From: an uncultured bacterium
GTDB taxonomy: Bacteria; Krumholzibacteriota; Krumholzibacteriia; LZORAL124-64-63
Direction: 5' to 3'
DNA length: 64,000 nucleotides
Assembly (NCBI GenBank): GCA_963727525.1
Contig: CAVSGO010000007.1
Coordinates: forward strand, 1,152,001 to 1,216,000
A model generated the notes under the pieces. The model did no database searches. It saw only the letters and a list, made by a program, of their open reading frames with translations, and was not told the DNA's origin. This document shows, piece by piece, positions 1-12,500 of this stretch. The translations under genes and the position numbers were made by a program. How positions within the stretch are numbered: the first letter of the stretch is position 1; the number at the start of each line of letters is the position of its first letter.

Positions 1-323
1 GGGCCGGGCTGGACAGTCACGCCCGGTCCCTCGCCATACATCGTGGTCACGTCCGGGGCGAATACGGCCGCCACGGGCAGCTCGCCGAGTGCATGGAGAT
101 CGCGTTCCAGGTCGCGCGGATAGGCCCGGAAGTCCTCGCCGGGACCGAACTGCGCGGGATTCACGAAGATCGACACGACCACGCGCCCCAGCTCGGCACC
201 GCGGCGTACAAGTGCCAGATGGCCGGCGTGGAGCGCGCCCATGGTGGGCACCAGGACCAGCGGGCGCACGCCGCGCCAGGCGTCGAGCCGCACCAGTTCG
301 TCCGGCGTGCGCAGCAGCTCCAT
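1..323 (-). CDS. panC: pantoate--beta-alanine ligase, 5' part (runs off window)
   Basis: Not in the ORF track. Reading the minus strand from ATG 323 gives [39 protein letters not shown]...VVVSIFVNP, containing the PanC PTMGALHxGH motif. Directly downstream of panB. Confidence 0.93.
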   Translation of the reverse strand, partial: MELLRTPDELVRLDAWRGVRPLVLVPTMGALHAGHLALVRRGAELGRVVVSIFVNPAQFGPGEDFRAYPRDLERDLHALGELPVAAVFAPDVTTMYGEGPGVTVQPG

Positions 324-325
324 GG

Positions 326-1156
326 TCACTCCTGTCCGCCCATGTCGGCCGCATCGTCGAAGCTGTGCTCGACCGCCGGGAAAGCGCCTTCACGCACCTC
401 GCGCGCATAGGCGGCGATGGCCGCCGTCGCCTCGCGCCCCAGCTCGGCATACCGCTTGACGAACCGCGGTTGCCAGTCGGGGAAGAGCCCGAGCATGTCA
501 TGGAAGACGAGCACCTGGCCGTCGCAGTCCGGACCGGCACCGATGCCGATCGTGGGCACCGGAACGCTCGCTGTGATGCGCCGCGCGAGGTCGCGCGGGA
601 TACACTCGAGCACGATCGCGAAGCATCCGGCATCGGCGAGGAACTGCGCATCCTCGACGAGGTGGGCGGCCGCCGCCGTCCCACGGCCCTGCACCTTGAA
701 GCCGCCGAAGCGCTGCACGCTCTGCGGCGTGAGGCCGAGGTGCCCCATGACGGGGATCTCCGCGCCGATGAGAGCGCGCACATGCGTCTCGCGCACGCGG
801 CCACCCTCCAGCTTGACGGCCTGGGCGCCGCCTTCCTTCACCAGGCGCAGCGCCGCGCCCACCGTCGCCGACGGCGTGGTGTGGAACGTGCCGTACGGAA
901 GGTCGGCGATGACGGGTAGCCTGCCGGCCGCGCGCCGCACGATGCGAGTGTGGTAGACCATGGCATCGAGGGTCACCGGCAGTGTCGACTCGTGCCCCTG
1001 AACGACATTGCCCAGTGAATCGCCGACGAGGAGCGCATCCACGCCGCCGGCCTGCGCGAGCGTGGCGCTGCTCACGTCGTAGGCGGTGATCACGACGATC
1101 TTCTCGGCCTTGCGCTTCTTGCGCGCGAAGAGGTCGAGACTGGCGAGGGGACTCAT
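326..1156 (-). CDS. panB: 3-methyl-2-oxobutanoate hydroxymethyltransferase
   Basis: [32 protein letters not shown] and IGIGAG motifs. Confidence 0.97.
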   Translation of the reverse strand: MSPLASLDLFARKKRKAEKIVVITAYDVSSATLAQAGGVDALLVGDSLGNVVQGHESTLPVTLDAMVYHTRIVRRAAGRLPVIADLPYGTFHTTPSATVGAALRLVKEGGAQAVKLEGGRVRETHVRALIGAEIPVMGHLGLTPQSVQRFGGFKVQGRGTAAAAHLVEDAQFLADAGCFAIVLECIPRDLARRITASVPVPTIGIGAGPDCDGQVLVFHDMLGLFPDWQPRFVKRYAELGREATAAIAAYAREVREGAFPAVEHSFDDAADMGGQE

Positions 1157-1812
1157 GCGCGACCTTCCTCGTCGCCCCGCGATTGCGGGGCGAAGTAACG
1201 GATGCCCGTGAAGACCTCGCCCAGCGCATCGATGAGCAGGTCGAGATCCTGCGGCACTCCAACGTAGTCCAGCTCGTCGGCATTGACCACCAGCAGCGGC
1301 CCGGTCTCGTAGTGGTGGAAATAGAAGCTGTAGGCCGTGTTGAGCGCCTCGATGTACTCCTTGTCCATGTCGCGCTCGAACGCGCGCCCCCGACCGCGGA
1401 TCCGCCTCATCAGCGTGGGCGTGCTCGCCTGCAGGTAGATCACGAGATCGGGCTTGAGGATGCGCTGCTCGAGGATCACCGCGAGCTGATTGTAGAGCGC
1501 CAGCTCGTCGTCGCTCAGGTTGAGGTTCGCGAAGATGCGGTCCTTCGCGAAAAGGTAGTCGGAGATGAGTACGCGGCTGAAGAGGTCGTGCTGGAAGAGA
1601 TCCTGCTGCTGCCGGAAACGGCTCAGCAGGAAGAAGATCTGCGTCTGGAAGGCGTAGGCCGCACGGTCGCGGTAGAACTTGCCCAGGAAGGGGTTGTCCT
1701 CGACGACCTCCAGGTTCACCTTGCCGCCGGTGCGGGCGGTCAGAAGCTTGACGAGGCTGGTCTTGCCCACCCCGATGACGCCTTCAACGACAATGTATCG
1801 CCAGGGCAGCAC
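1153..1812 (-). CDS. deoxynucleoside kinase family protein
   Basis: P-loop EGVIGVGKTS, FQTQIFFLLSRF, RIRGRGRAFE lid. GTG start at 1812 chosen for the upstream GAGGAGG. Typical folK-dNK-panB context. Confidence 0.9.
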   Translation of the reverse strand: MLPWRYIVVEGVIGVGKTSLVKLLTARTGGKVNLEVVEDNPFLGKFYRDRAAYAFQTQIFFLLSRFRQQQDLFQHDLFSRVLISDYLFAKDRIFANLNLSDDELALYNQLAVILEQRILKPDLVIYLQASTPTLMRRIRGRGRAFERDMDKEYIEALNTAYSFYFHHYETGPLLVVNADELDYVGVPQDLDLLIDALGEVFTGIRYFAPQSRGDEEGRA

Positions 1813-2389
1813 GCCAGCCCTCCTCACCCGTGTCCGGGTGGTCCGTCTTCAGAAGTCGCTCCACACAGAGGCGCACCCACGGCCCCTGCTCGCGCTGCAT
1901 TCTAGCCCAGGCCGCGCTCACCGTCTCCCCGGAATCCGGCAGAACGAGATCCGGCGCCAGTTCCTGCAGGGGGGCGAGTACGAAGGCCCGCTCCGCCAGC
2001 CGCGGGTGCGGCAAGGTCAGCAGCGCGTCGTGCCCGCGGCGCTCCCCGTAGAGCAGGATGTCCAGATCGAGGGGACGAGGCCGCATGTGTCCAGCCGGCG
2101 CCCGGCCCAGCCTCTGCTCGATGCCCTTGACCACCGCGAGCAACGCCGCCGGAGCGAGGGTGGTTCGCACCCTGCAGCAGGCGTTCAGGTAGTCCGCCTG
2201 CGTGCCGGGGCCGACGTACTGGCTTTCCCACACCCGGCTGAACGCATCCACGCGGATCTCGGGGTGCGTGAGCAGGGCAAAGAGTCCGTGGCGCAGGCAC
2301 GCCAGCCGGTCGCCCATGTTGCCACCCATGCCGAGAAAGACGGTCTCGGGGTCGACGGGTGGCCGCAGGTGCGCGGCGATATCGCTCAT
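1784..2389 (-). CDS. folK: 2-amino-4-hydroxy-6-hydroxymethyldihydropteridine diphosphokinase
   Basis: LGMGGNMGDR, YLNAC, IEQRLGR, PRPLDLDIL and LPHPRLAERAFVLAPL motifs. Confidence 0.95.
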   Translation of the reverse strand: MSDIAAHLRPPVDPETVFLGMGGNMGDRLACLRHGLFALLTHPEIRVDAFSRVWESQYVGPGTQADYLNACCRVRTTLAPAALLAVVKGIEQRLGRAPAGHMRPRPLDLDILLYGERRGHDALLTLPHPRLAERAFVLAPLQELAPDLVLPDSGETVSAAWARMQREQGPWVRLCVERLLKTDHPDTGEEGWRAALAIHCR

Positions 2390-2778
2390 GAGCGCTCGTC
2401 ATCGCGCGCGCGCAGCCAGGCGCGATCGCGCTCGAGCGTGGCCGCCACGTCGCCGAGGAAATTGGGGATCGGCGGATTGGGCTTGTGCACGCCCACGACC
2501 ACTCGTTCCACCGGGAACCGTCCCAGCAGGTCCGCGCAGATGGCATCCGCCAGAGCTTCCAGGAGCTGGAAACTCGTCGACGCCGTGACGTCGCGGATGC
2601 ACCGGTGCACCTCGACATAGTCGAGGGCATGGCGCAGGGAGTCGGTGGTTGCAGCCATGGAGAAGTCGCCGACCAGCTCGACATCGATGACGAAGCGCTG
2701 CCCCAGCTCGCGCTCGGCCGGATGCACGCCATGGTACGCGTAGACGTCGATGCCGGTGAGCGTGATCCGATCCATCAC
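2386..2778 (-). CDS. folB: dihydroneopterin aldolase
   Basis: YAYHGVHPAERELGQRFVIDV, LDY, LLEALA and KPNPPI motifs. Confidence 0.95.
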   Translation of the reverse strand: MMDRITLTGIDVYAYHGVHPAERELGQRFVIDVELVGDFSMAATTDSLRHALDYVEVHRCIRDVTASTSFQLLEALADAICADLLGRFPVERVVVGVHKPNPPIPNFLGDVAATLERDRAWLRARDDERS

Positions 2779-3926
2779 ATCCCTCGCAGTCGCTGCGCGG
2801 CCTCATCGATGTGTCGATCCGCGGCAGTGAGACTGAGGCGGAACCAGCCCTCGCCGGCTTCGCCAAACCCCACGCCGGGAGTTGCCACCACGCCGGTGGT
2901 GCGCAGCAAGCGGGCGCAGAAATCGAGGCTCGATTCGTCGGTGGGCACGCGGGCCCATACGTAGAATGTCGCCCGGGTCGGAAAGACCCGCACCCCGGCC
3001 GCCGTGAGGGCGTCGACAATCACCTCGCGGCGTCGCGGGTAAGGTGCGCGCACCTCCGCGAGGAGGCCGTCGCAGACCTCCCCCAGGGCGAACGCCGCAA
3101 CCTCCTGCAGCGCTCCGAACACGCCGCTGTCGATGCTCTCCTTCACGCGGACCAGGCGGGCGATCAGGTCGGCGTGGCCCACCGCGAACCCGAGTCGCCA
3201 GCCCGTCATGTTGAACATCTTGGACAGGCTGTGAAACTCGACCACGGGCTGGCGGCGGTGGTCGGCCACCTCGAGCAGGCTCACGGCGCGATGCTCGTCC
3301 AGCGTGACCTCGAGATAAGCCCCGTCGTTGGCGAGGATCCAGCCGCGCCGAGCGGCCAGGGACACCAGCGGCCGCAGCAGGCCCTCTACGGCCTCCGCGC
3401 CCGTGGGGTTATTGGGGTAATTCAGCCAGAGCAGGCGCGTGCGCGCGTCGCCGAGCGCATCCAGAGTTTCGGGATCGGGCAGGAAGGCGCGGTCGGCCAA
3501 GAGCGCGAAGGGTCGCGGATCCGCGGCCGCCAGCACCGTGCCCTGTGTGTAGACGGGATAGCCAGGATCAGGCACCAGCACGTTGTCGCCCGGTTCCACG
3601 ACACCCAGCGGCAGGTGCGCGATGCCTTCCTTGCTGCCGATCAGCACCGCGACCTCGCGTTCGGGGTCCACGGCGACGCCGTAGCGCATGTGCATGCGGC
3701 GGGCGATCGCCTCCCGCAAACGCTGGCTGCCGCGACCGGATGGGTAGCGGTGATGGGACGGGTTCTTGACGGCGACGCCCGCCAGCTCGACGAGACGCGC
3801 CGGCGTCGGCCGGTCGGGATCGCCCACGCCCAGGTCGATCACGTCCTGTCCAGCCGCCACGGCGCGCTGACGAGCGGCGTCGATCTGGGAGAAGAGATAC
3901 GGAGGCAGGCGATCGAGTCGTCCCAT
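2775..3926 (-). CDS. class I/II PLP aminotransferase, LL-diaminopimelate aminotransferase-like
   Basis: LPPYLF, LGVGDPD, GSKEGIAH, LNYPNNPTG and PLP-lysine motif SLSKMFNMTGWRLG. Start 3926 (ATG) or 3935. Confidence 0.85.
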   Translation of the reverse strand: MGRLDRLPPYLFSQIDAARQRAVAAGQDVIDLGVGDPDRPTPARLVELAGVAVKNPSHHRYPSGRGSQRLREAIARRMHMRYGVAVDPEREVAVLIGSKEGIAHLPLGVVEPGDNVLVPDPGYPVYTQGTVLAAADPRPFALLADRAFLPDPETLDALGDARTRLLWLNYPNNPTGAEAVEGLLRPLVSLAARRGWILANDGAYLEVTLDEHRAVSLLEVADHRRQPVVEFHSLSKMFNMTGWRLGFAVGHADLIARLVRVKESIDSGVFGALQEVAAFALGEVCDGLLAEVRAPYPRRREVIVDALTAAGVRVFPTRATFYVWARVPTDESSLDFCARLLRTTGVVATPGVGFGEAGEGWFRLSLTAADRHIDEAAQRLRGM

Positions 3927-3957
3927 CCGCGGCAACCCCGGGTCAGGTCAAGGGGAT

Positions 3958-3983
3958 GCCCCGCGGGCGGCGGCCCACGGGGC
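3958..3983. terminator. GC-rich hairpin downstream of the TPR gene
   Basis: gccccgcgggc-ggcg-gcccacggggc near-perfect inverted repeat; no strong U tract. Confidence 0.35.
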
Positions 3984-4003
3984 GTTCATCGATCAGCGCG
4001 ACG

Positions 4004-5182
4004 TCAACCGCCGTGTTGAGCGGATTTGCGGGCCTCGTAATCAATGTATTCCTGGCAGGCATTCATGCCTTCTTGGGCCGGGCCCGTCCAGTGCGGGTCG
4101 CCGCCATTGGCCGCATCCTGGAACTTGACCTTGGCCTGCGCATAGTCCTTGGCGCAGAACAGCGCCTTGCCCCAGGCGAAGTTGACCTTGGCCATCTCCT
4201 GCTTGCCGAGCGACTCGAACTTCTTGGCGGCCTTGGCCGCCTCTGCGCGCGCGACGTCGCACTGTTCGGCCTCGGCCATCACGATGATCATGGCGGACGT
4301 CGCCTGCACGTCGTCCGGGCTGACGGCGAGATAGGCCTGGTACGCCTCGGCACTCGCCGCCTTCTGATCCTGGGCATCGAGCGCGCGGGCCTTCGTCAGC
4401 AGCGCCGGCCCATGCATGGGATCCTTGGCCAGGATGTCGTTGCACAGCGTGACCGCTTTGGCGTAGTCGCCGCTGCTCATGGCCTTGCGTACGAGATCGT
4501 AGGTCGTCGAGCCGCCCGCGTCGACCGCGTACTGCTGGGCCTTCCGGGCGTAGAGGTCGGCTGCCTCATTGTTGCCGATCTGACGCTGCTGGGCCGCCGC
4601 CTGCTCGCAAGCCTCGGCGAGCTGTTTGATGATCTTCGGCCGGTATTGCTCGCAGTTGTTATAGGCGCGTTCCAGCGTCGTCACGGCGCGCGTGGATTGT
4701 TTCGCCGCCTTCTCGAGAATGCCCAGGTTGACGAGCACCCCGCAATTGTCCGGCTCGAGGTTCTGCGCCTTCACGTACTCGGCCCGCGCGAAGTCATATT
4801 TTTTCTGCATCGTGTAGATGCGCGCCAGGTAGGCGAAATCGCCGGCCTCGACGTCGTGGGTCGCGCTGCGCAGTGCGACGACCTTCTGGAACGCCTGCGC
4901 CGCGAGATCGAGCTGTTCGGTATTCATGTACGCGATCCCCAGACCGCGCCATGCCGGGAAGAACTCGGAACAGAAGTCCTTGATCGACAGGAGCTGGGGA
5001 ATCGCCTGGCTCCATTGCTTGGCGTCGAGAAGCTTCTGGGCCGACGCGAACTGCAGGTTGGCCTCGCTCTGCTGACCCGGGCTGCATTCCGCCACCACGG
5101 CGGCGGGGGTAACGAGCGCCAGCAGGCTGGCGAGCACGGCCAGTGCGATCACGGACTGTCGGGTGAGGATCGAGTGGCGCAC
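4004..5182 (-). CDS. secreted tetratricopeptide repeat protein
   Basis: Sec signal peptide followed by TPR motifs (AWRGLGIAY, VLVNLGIL, ALLTKARAL). GGAGG upstream of the GTG start. Confidence 0.8.
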   Translation of the reverse strand: MRHSILTRQSVIALAVLASLLALVTPAAVVAECSPGQQSEANLQFASAQKLLDAKQWSQAIPQLLSIKDFCSEFFPAWRGLGIAYMNTEQLDLAAQAFQKVVALRSATHDVEAGDFAYLARIYTMQKKYDFARAEYVKAQNLEPDNCGVLVNLGILEKAAKQSTRAVTTLERAYNNCEQYRPKIIKQLAEACEQAAAQQRQIGNNEAADLYARKAQQYAVDAGGSTTYDLVRKAMSSGDYAKAVTLCNDILAKDPMHGPALLTKARALDAQDQKAASAEAYQAYLAVSPDDVQATSAMIIVMAEAEQCDVARAEAAKAAKKFESLGKQEMAKVNFAWGKALFCAKDYAQAKVKFQDAANGGDPHWTGPAQEGMNACQEYIDYEARKSAQHGG

Positions 5183-5368
5183 GGGAACAACCTCCGTCTG
5201 GCACAGCGAACCGGGTGAAAAAAGATCGGGCCCGGACGGCCGGGCGCGTAGACAAGAAACGCGTTCGGCAGGTCGCTGTCAATTGCATCCAACCCCCACG
5301 ACGGTCGCACGATGCAACCGCCCCGGCTTGAACTCCCCGCGACCGTCGCAGTTCCCGCCGGCGCGGCC

Positions 5369-6496
5369 TCAGGCGGGCCGCAAAGCACCGTACCAGGTTT
5401 CGAGATCCACTGCGAGGCGCCGACGGTCGAAACGCTCCTGCACGCGGCCCCGTCCTTTGGCTCCGCGCCGGCGGGCCTCCTCGGGATCGGCCAGGATCGC
5501 CGCGAGCACCGCCGCCAGGGCGCCGACGTCGCCGGGCGGACAGCTCCAGCCGGTGACACCGTCCTCGTTCACCTCCAGGACCCCCGTATCGAGCTGGCTG
5601 GTCACAACCGGCAAGCCCGCCGCCATGGCCTCCAGCAGGACGAGGCCGAAGGTCTCGCTGCGATCCAGGCTGGGCAGGACGACGGCACGGCACCTCTGCA
5701 TGAGATGCGGTAGCTCGGCGTCGGGAACCTCGCCCAGCAGACGGATGCGCGCGGACCAGCCGGCCCGGGCGATCTGGCCCGCCAGCGCGGCACCGAGGGT
5801 ACCGGCTCCGGCGATCACGAGTTCGGCCCCGGGCACGGCACCCACCGCGTCGATCAGCGTCGTCAGCCCCTTGTAGCGGACCAGCCGGCCGACGAAGAGG
5901 AAGGGCCCGTCTCCGCCCACGGGCAACGTGAACCAGGGCGCGGTCTCGATGCCGAACGGAATGACGCGCACTTTAGCGCGCCACGGCGCCAGGACGTTCG
6001 ACGTTTCCCGCAGATGCCCCGTGGACACGCTGATGCCGTCGGCCTGAGCCAGACACCCACGCACGATCGGTGCGATCAGGCGGCGGGTGAAACGTTGTCG
6101 CGTGATATCGGCGTGGTACCAGACGGCGAGCGGAGGCCGCGGGAGCGTGCCGCGCCGCACCGCCGCGCGCCAGGCCCAGCACGCAACGGGATTTGGCAGA
6201 TGGAGGTGCACCACATCCGGACGGAAATCTCTCAGTTCGCGCGCCAGGAGATCCGGCAGCGAAAGGGTGAGAGGCTGGGAATTCCAGGTTCCCCAGGTGG
6301 CGGCGCGCACGAGGACGCCGCGCGCGGAGTCGTCGCGCCCGACGAGCGGCTCCTCCCGTGAGCGAAGACCGCCGCCGGCCGTGAGTGCGTGCACGTCGTG
6401 TCCGCGAGCGAGCAGACTCTCGCAGATGTGGCGTAGCGCCGTCTCCATGCCGCCCTTGACGGGGGGATAATACTTGCCGACCTGCAGGATTCGCAT
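5369..6496 (-). CDS. GT4 family glycosyltransferase
   Basis: MRILQVGKYYPP..GGME, FVGRLVRYKG and ETFGLVLLEAMAAGLPVV motifs. Confidence 0.92.
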   Translation of the reverse strand: MRILQVGKYYPPVKGGMETALRHICESLLARGHDVHALTAGGGLRSREEPLVGRDDSARGVLVRAATWGTWNSQPLTLSLPDLLARELRDFRPDVVHLHLPNPVACWAWRAAVRRGTLPRPPLAVWYHADITRQRFTRRLIAPIVRGCLAQADGISVSTGHLRETSNVLAPWRAKVRVIPFGIETAPWFTLPVGGDGPFLFVGRLVRYKGLTTLIDAVGAVPGAELVIAGAGTLGAALAGQIARAGWSARIRLLGEVPDAELPHLMQRCRAVVLPSLDRSETFGLVLLEAMAAGLPVVTSQLDTGVLEVNEDGVTGWSCPPGDVGALAAVLAAILADPEEARRRGAKGRGRVQERFDRRRLAVDLETWYGALRPA

Positions 6497-6556
6497 GGAT
6501 GCCACTTTAGCCAAGCACGGCACGCGGCGGTAGAGGAAATCCCGCCACCCACGACT

Positions 6557-6582
6557 AAGGGGCGGCCCGTGGGCCGCCCCTT
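6557..6582 (-). terminator. hairpin terminator after groEL
   Basis: Perfect inverted repeat aaggggcggccc-gt-gggccgcccctt, 30 nt after the groEL stop. Confidence 0.65.
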
Positions 6583-6611
6583 GTCAGTCGAGACACGCGA
6601 AGCGCGCCGGA

Positions 6612-8300
<1,689 letters not shown>

Positions 8301-8316
8301 TCAGCGCAAGTCGGGT

Positions 8317-8604
8317 TTACAGGATCGCGAGGACGTCGCTCTCCCGCAGAATCAGGTAGTCCTTGCCCTCGACGGTGACCTCGGTGCCCGCATACTTGCC
8401 GTAGAGCACCACGTCGCCCTTCTTGACCTCGGGCGCCACGCGCTCACCGCTGTCGCTGACCCGGCCCGGTCCTACAGCGATGATCTTGCCCTGCTGCGGC
8501 TTCTCCTTGGCGGTGTCGGGAATGATGATCCCGCCCTTGATCTGCTCCTGCGCCATCGGCTCGACGACGACCCGGTCGGCCAGGGGCTTCATGGAAATGG
8601 CCAT
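8317..8604 (-). CDS. groS: co-chaperonin GroES
   Basis: [35 protein letters not shown] 8604 with GAGGAGG upstream. Confidence 0.98.
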   Translation of the reverse strand: MAISMKPLADRVVVEPMAQEQIKGGIIIPDTAKEKPQQGKIIAVGPGRVSDSGERVAPEVKKGDVVLYGKYAGTEVTVEGKDYLILRESDVLAIL

Positions 8605-8645
8605 TGCCTGCCTCCTCGATCTGGGGTGAATGCGGGACACTGCCG

Positions 8646-8672
8646 CTAGCAGTCTCACCGCGTGATTGCTAA
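8646..8672 (-). promoter_or_regulatory. CIRCE element (HrcA operator)
   Basis: Minus strand reads TTAGCAATC-N9-GACTGCTAG versus consensus TTAGCACTC-N9-GAGTGCTAA, upstream of groES. Confidence 0.85.
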
Positions 8673-8680
8673 GCGGGCGG

Positions 8681-8708
8681 AATATAGTGGCCATACACCC
8701 TTCCGCAA
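8681..8708 (-). promoter_or_regulatory. putative sigma70-type promoter of groES-groEL
   Basis: TTGCGG-N16-TATATT immediately upstream of the CIRCE. Confidence 0.55.
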
Positions 8709-8868
8709 GGCGGAATTTCGCGTTATCGCGGCAGGATATGTCAGCGGCTGCCATCCTGACAGCGCAGTCATTCATGATGTTCCATGATTTGATGTGATGT
8801 GCTGATATGAGAGCCGGCCCAAAAAGAGGGCCGGACCCGGAGCCGGGGTGCTGGGCGCTGCCAGCGGG

Positions 8869-9450
8869 TCAGGAGCCGACGATCGTGATCGTCTCCTCCT
8901 TGAGGAGCTGGCGGTCGAGATAGATGCGCAGCAGGTACTCTCCCGTCTCGCGATGCTTCGCGCGCGAGATGTCGAAGATCGATTCCAGCATGAACGACGG
9001 CGCCTTCACGTGCTGAAGCTCGTGCCGGGAGTGATGTAGGTCGACCGCCTTCTTCCACGCGATGTCGATGTCGTACCCGCCGCTGTCGGCCGGCGTGACG
9101 GCGACCTCGGCGTAGCGGCGATACAGTTCGCGACCGTCGGGGCGGATCCAGACGAGGTGGGCCGAGTACAGCCGATCCGTACGCACGTCATGGAACGTCA
9201 CACGCGCGCGCACCCGACTCGTCTTCTTGATGCGGAACTCGAGGTCCTTGTCGCGCAGCCAGTGCTTCTTCGTGTAGCGGCGGGAGAAGGTGGTCGTGAT
9301 GTGGAACTGGTCGGCGGGCGCTTTCTCGCCGGCGGCCAGCGCCTGCTCATGGGCCGCCTGCTGCTGGGCCTCGCGAGTGTCGCAGCCACCAAGGGCCACC
9401 GTCAATAACATGAGCGCGAGCGTGATCATTCCGATGCGCCAGGATACCAT
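8869..9450 (-). CDS. basic, beta-rich putative lipoprotein
   Basis: GGAGG then ATG 9450; hydrophobic leader ending LGGC (lipobox-like); Arg/Lys/His-rich body; no family recognised. Confidence 0.7.
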   Translation of the reverse strand: MVSWRIGMITLALMLLTVALGGCDTREAQQQAAHEQALAAGEKAPADQFHITTTFSRRYTKKHWLRDKDLEFRIKKTSRVRARVTFHDVRTDRLYSAHLVWIRPDGRELYRRYAEVAVTPADSGGYDIDIAWKKAVDLHHSRHELQHVKAPSFMLESIFDISRAKHRETGEYLLRIYLDRQLLKEETITIVGS

Positions 9451-9543
9451 GGTGCCTCCAGCTGTCCGCGATCTGCACGAGCGCAGAGGCGGCCGGGCGC
9501 GAGCCCGGCCGCCGCCTGTGGTCACAGTGGCACGGGGCCACCG

Positions 9544-12500
9544 TTATTTCAAGAGCAGCATCTTGCGCGTGAGCTGCCCCGCGTCGCTGGTCAAGCGGTA
9601 GAAGTACAATCCGCTGGCCACCAGGCCGCCTTGGTCGTTCTGCCCCTGCCACGTCACCTCGTGGGTGCCCGGCGCCTGCAGTCCATGCACGAGCGTGCGC
9701 ACGAGCTTGCCCTGGACATCGAAGATCTGCAACGAGATCTCCTGCGCCCGCGGCACCGCATACGTGATGGTGGTGCGCGGGTTGAACGGGTTCGGGTGAT
9801 TCTGGTGCAGCCCCACGGCGAGCGGGATCTCCGCGTCCACGCCCGTGGAGATGTCGAAGGTGACGTCACCATCGGCCGTGTCCACGGCCTGATGCTGCGC
9901 GGCGTCGCGCACGGTCACGCGGAAGCGGCCGGTGTTCAGCCCCGGCTGCCCCGCGAAGTGCTCGTTCCACACGAAGCTGTAGCTGCCGGCAAAGGCGCCT
10001 TCCGCCACCGGGTAGATGTCGCTGCCGACCACGAAGGCGATCTCCGCATCGACCACGCCGATGTCGTCCGCCGCGTTCCACGTCACATTGACCGGCGTGC
10101 TCGTGGAGAAGGTCTGCCCTCCGTTGGGGTAGGTCAGCGCCACCGTGGGCGGCGTCTGGTCGGCGATGAGAACGTTCGCGTCGAGCGACAGGTCGTCGAC
10201 CAGGGCCTCGACGATCGAACCGGAGCCCGTGTCCTGGGCGATGAAGCGCAGGCGGACGTTGGGCGTCATGGCGATGTAGTCCTCGAGCACGAAGCTCTGC
10301 TGCACCCAGCTGCGGTTGCTCGTGGTGGTGTTCTCGAGCGTGACCCACGACGAGCCGTCGTCGGTGGCCTGGACAACCCAGGCGTCCTCGCCTGGCGCGT
10401 TGCCCGTGTCGTTGCTGAACCAGCGCCAGTAGCTGACGGTGGCGCCCGCATAAGCCGAGAGGTCATAGACCGGGCTGTAGAGCGTCGTCGCCCCGTTGTC
10501 GACATCGTCGCCGCCCTCCACGGCACCCTCGGAATCCTGGCCGGTCACCCAGCAGAGCGTGCCAGGCGTCGGGGTGTGGTCGTCGCTCGGCACGAGGATC
10601 TCGCCGCCGGCCGACACGTAGACGGTATTGGGATCGACACGAGTCCAGATGCCCGTGGTCGCGGTGTCGCCGCCGCCCACGTTGACCTGCCAGCCGGTGT
10701 CGGTTTCCATGGCGTCGTCGAGAATGTGCGTGACGTCGGCCACCTGGAACGAATACACCGGCCAGGGCGCGCCGACTGGATCGGCCGAATCGTTGCCCAC
10801 CACGTCGGCCGCGGTGAGCCAGTACTGCACCCGGGTGCCGACCGGCTGGCCCGGAATCTCCCCGTGCACCAGGCCGCTCGGCGGGTCAACCACGGTGAGC
10901 GGAACCTCGAACGGTCCGCCGTTCGTGGACGACGTGTAATACAGGTGCCGCGAAGCCACGCCGGTGACGTCGGTGATGTTGCTTTCCACGACGTACGGAC
11001 CCGCCGTGTCGGTGGTGTTGCCCAGCATCGTCGTGTTCGCGATGTACGGACCTCGGATGTCGACGAGATTGAAATCCGCCACCGTGAGATGGTCCTCGGT
11101 GATGACCACGTTGCGCGTGGTGTCGGGCGCGAAGCTGTCGTGGTACACGGCCACGTCCCAGGTGCCCACCGGTACGCTGCCCTCGTAGTGGCCGCTCGCA
11201 TCGGACGCGATCTGGCGGCCGGCGCCGACGACCGTCACCAGTGCGCCCTCGATCGGCGCGCCGCCGCCCGAGGCGTTCGTGATCGCGCCACCCAGGCTGC
11301 CCTGGATCTGCGGCACGATGGGCACGATCCGGATCGCGCGCCCGGCCGCTACGGTCGCGGCGCCGCCGGCGTAGTGATTGCCATACGCATAGGTGAGGCC
11401 GTCGGTGCGGTCCTCGTTCTGGATGCCGACGGTGAAGTACGTCGACTCGTCACCATAGATCGACACGCTGTTGTAGAGGATCTCGATGGGGCCGTCGCCC
11501 GTCTCGGTCGCATGGTAGGCGGGATCGTAGAGGATGATCTGGAAGGTGTTGTTGCCGCTGTATCCGCCGCCGGTCTCGGCCCGCCAGCCCGTCCACTGCA
11601 CGATGAATCGATGCTGAGCCGTGTCGTTGTACGTGTGGACGGTTCCGTTGGCGAGATCGTCCCAGAACCCACAGATCATGTTGCCGGGGCCGCCGTCGCT
11701 CGGCAGGTACCAGTTGCGGTACAACCGCTGGTAGGTGTGGCCGAACGCGAGCCAGCCGTTGGTGCAGATCGACACCTGCGTCTGCGGCTGGCCGTAGAGC
11801 TCGAAGGTGAACGGCAGCGCGAAGGTGCCGGTGTCGTCGTCGTAGGACGAGTTGTCCGACAGGCCCGTGTTCTGGCCGATCGCGGAGATGTCCATCCAGT
11901 CGTAAACCGGCGCATTGGCATCGGAGTCGGTGTTGTCGAACGCGTAGTAGCCGTATGCGTCGGGACCGGCCGGATCGCCGGCGACCGCCGTGCCGATCAC
12001 CTTCTGGAACTCCAGCGTGCTGGTTCCACCCTCGGCGAACTGCAGCGTGAGCGTGAAGTTCGCCAGATGGCCCGGATAGCAGTCGGAGGAGATACTCACG
12101 GCGAAGGGGTCACTCTGGCTTACCTGTTGCCCGATCGGCAAGGCGCCGAACGTGCCGGTGTCGTCCGTGATCGTCACCCAGTTGCTCGTGGTGGACAGAG
12201 TCGCCGTGGCCCCGCTCGAGGCCAGATTGCCCGTGTTGACGAGGTCGCTCGTCACGTTGCCCGTTTCTCCCGGGTCCATGGTGCCGCCAGGCCCACTGTA
12301 ATTCACGCGGCTGAGGCTGCCGCGCGGACCGGTGACGAGCACGTCGACAAGGCTGGTCCAGGTCTGGGCGCCGCTGCTGGCATCCAGCCGCAGCGAGATG
12401 GTCTGGCCGCCCGGAGCATCGGCGTCGAGGCTCACCGCGTACGCCCCCTGACTCCAGGCCGATGCGCCGCCTGCAATCGTCCCGAACGCCTGCGTGCCCG

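Noticed and set aside
8605-8775. N-terminal extension of GroES in the ORF track
   Set aside because: It spans the promoter and CIRCE; the real start is ATG 8604 with a strong RBS.
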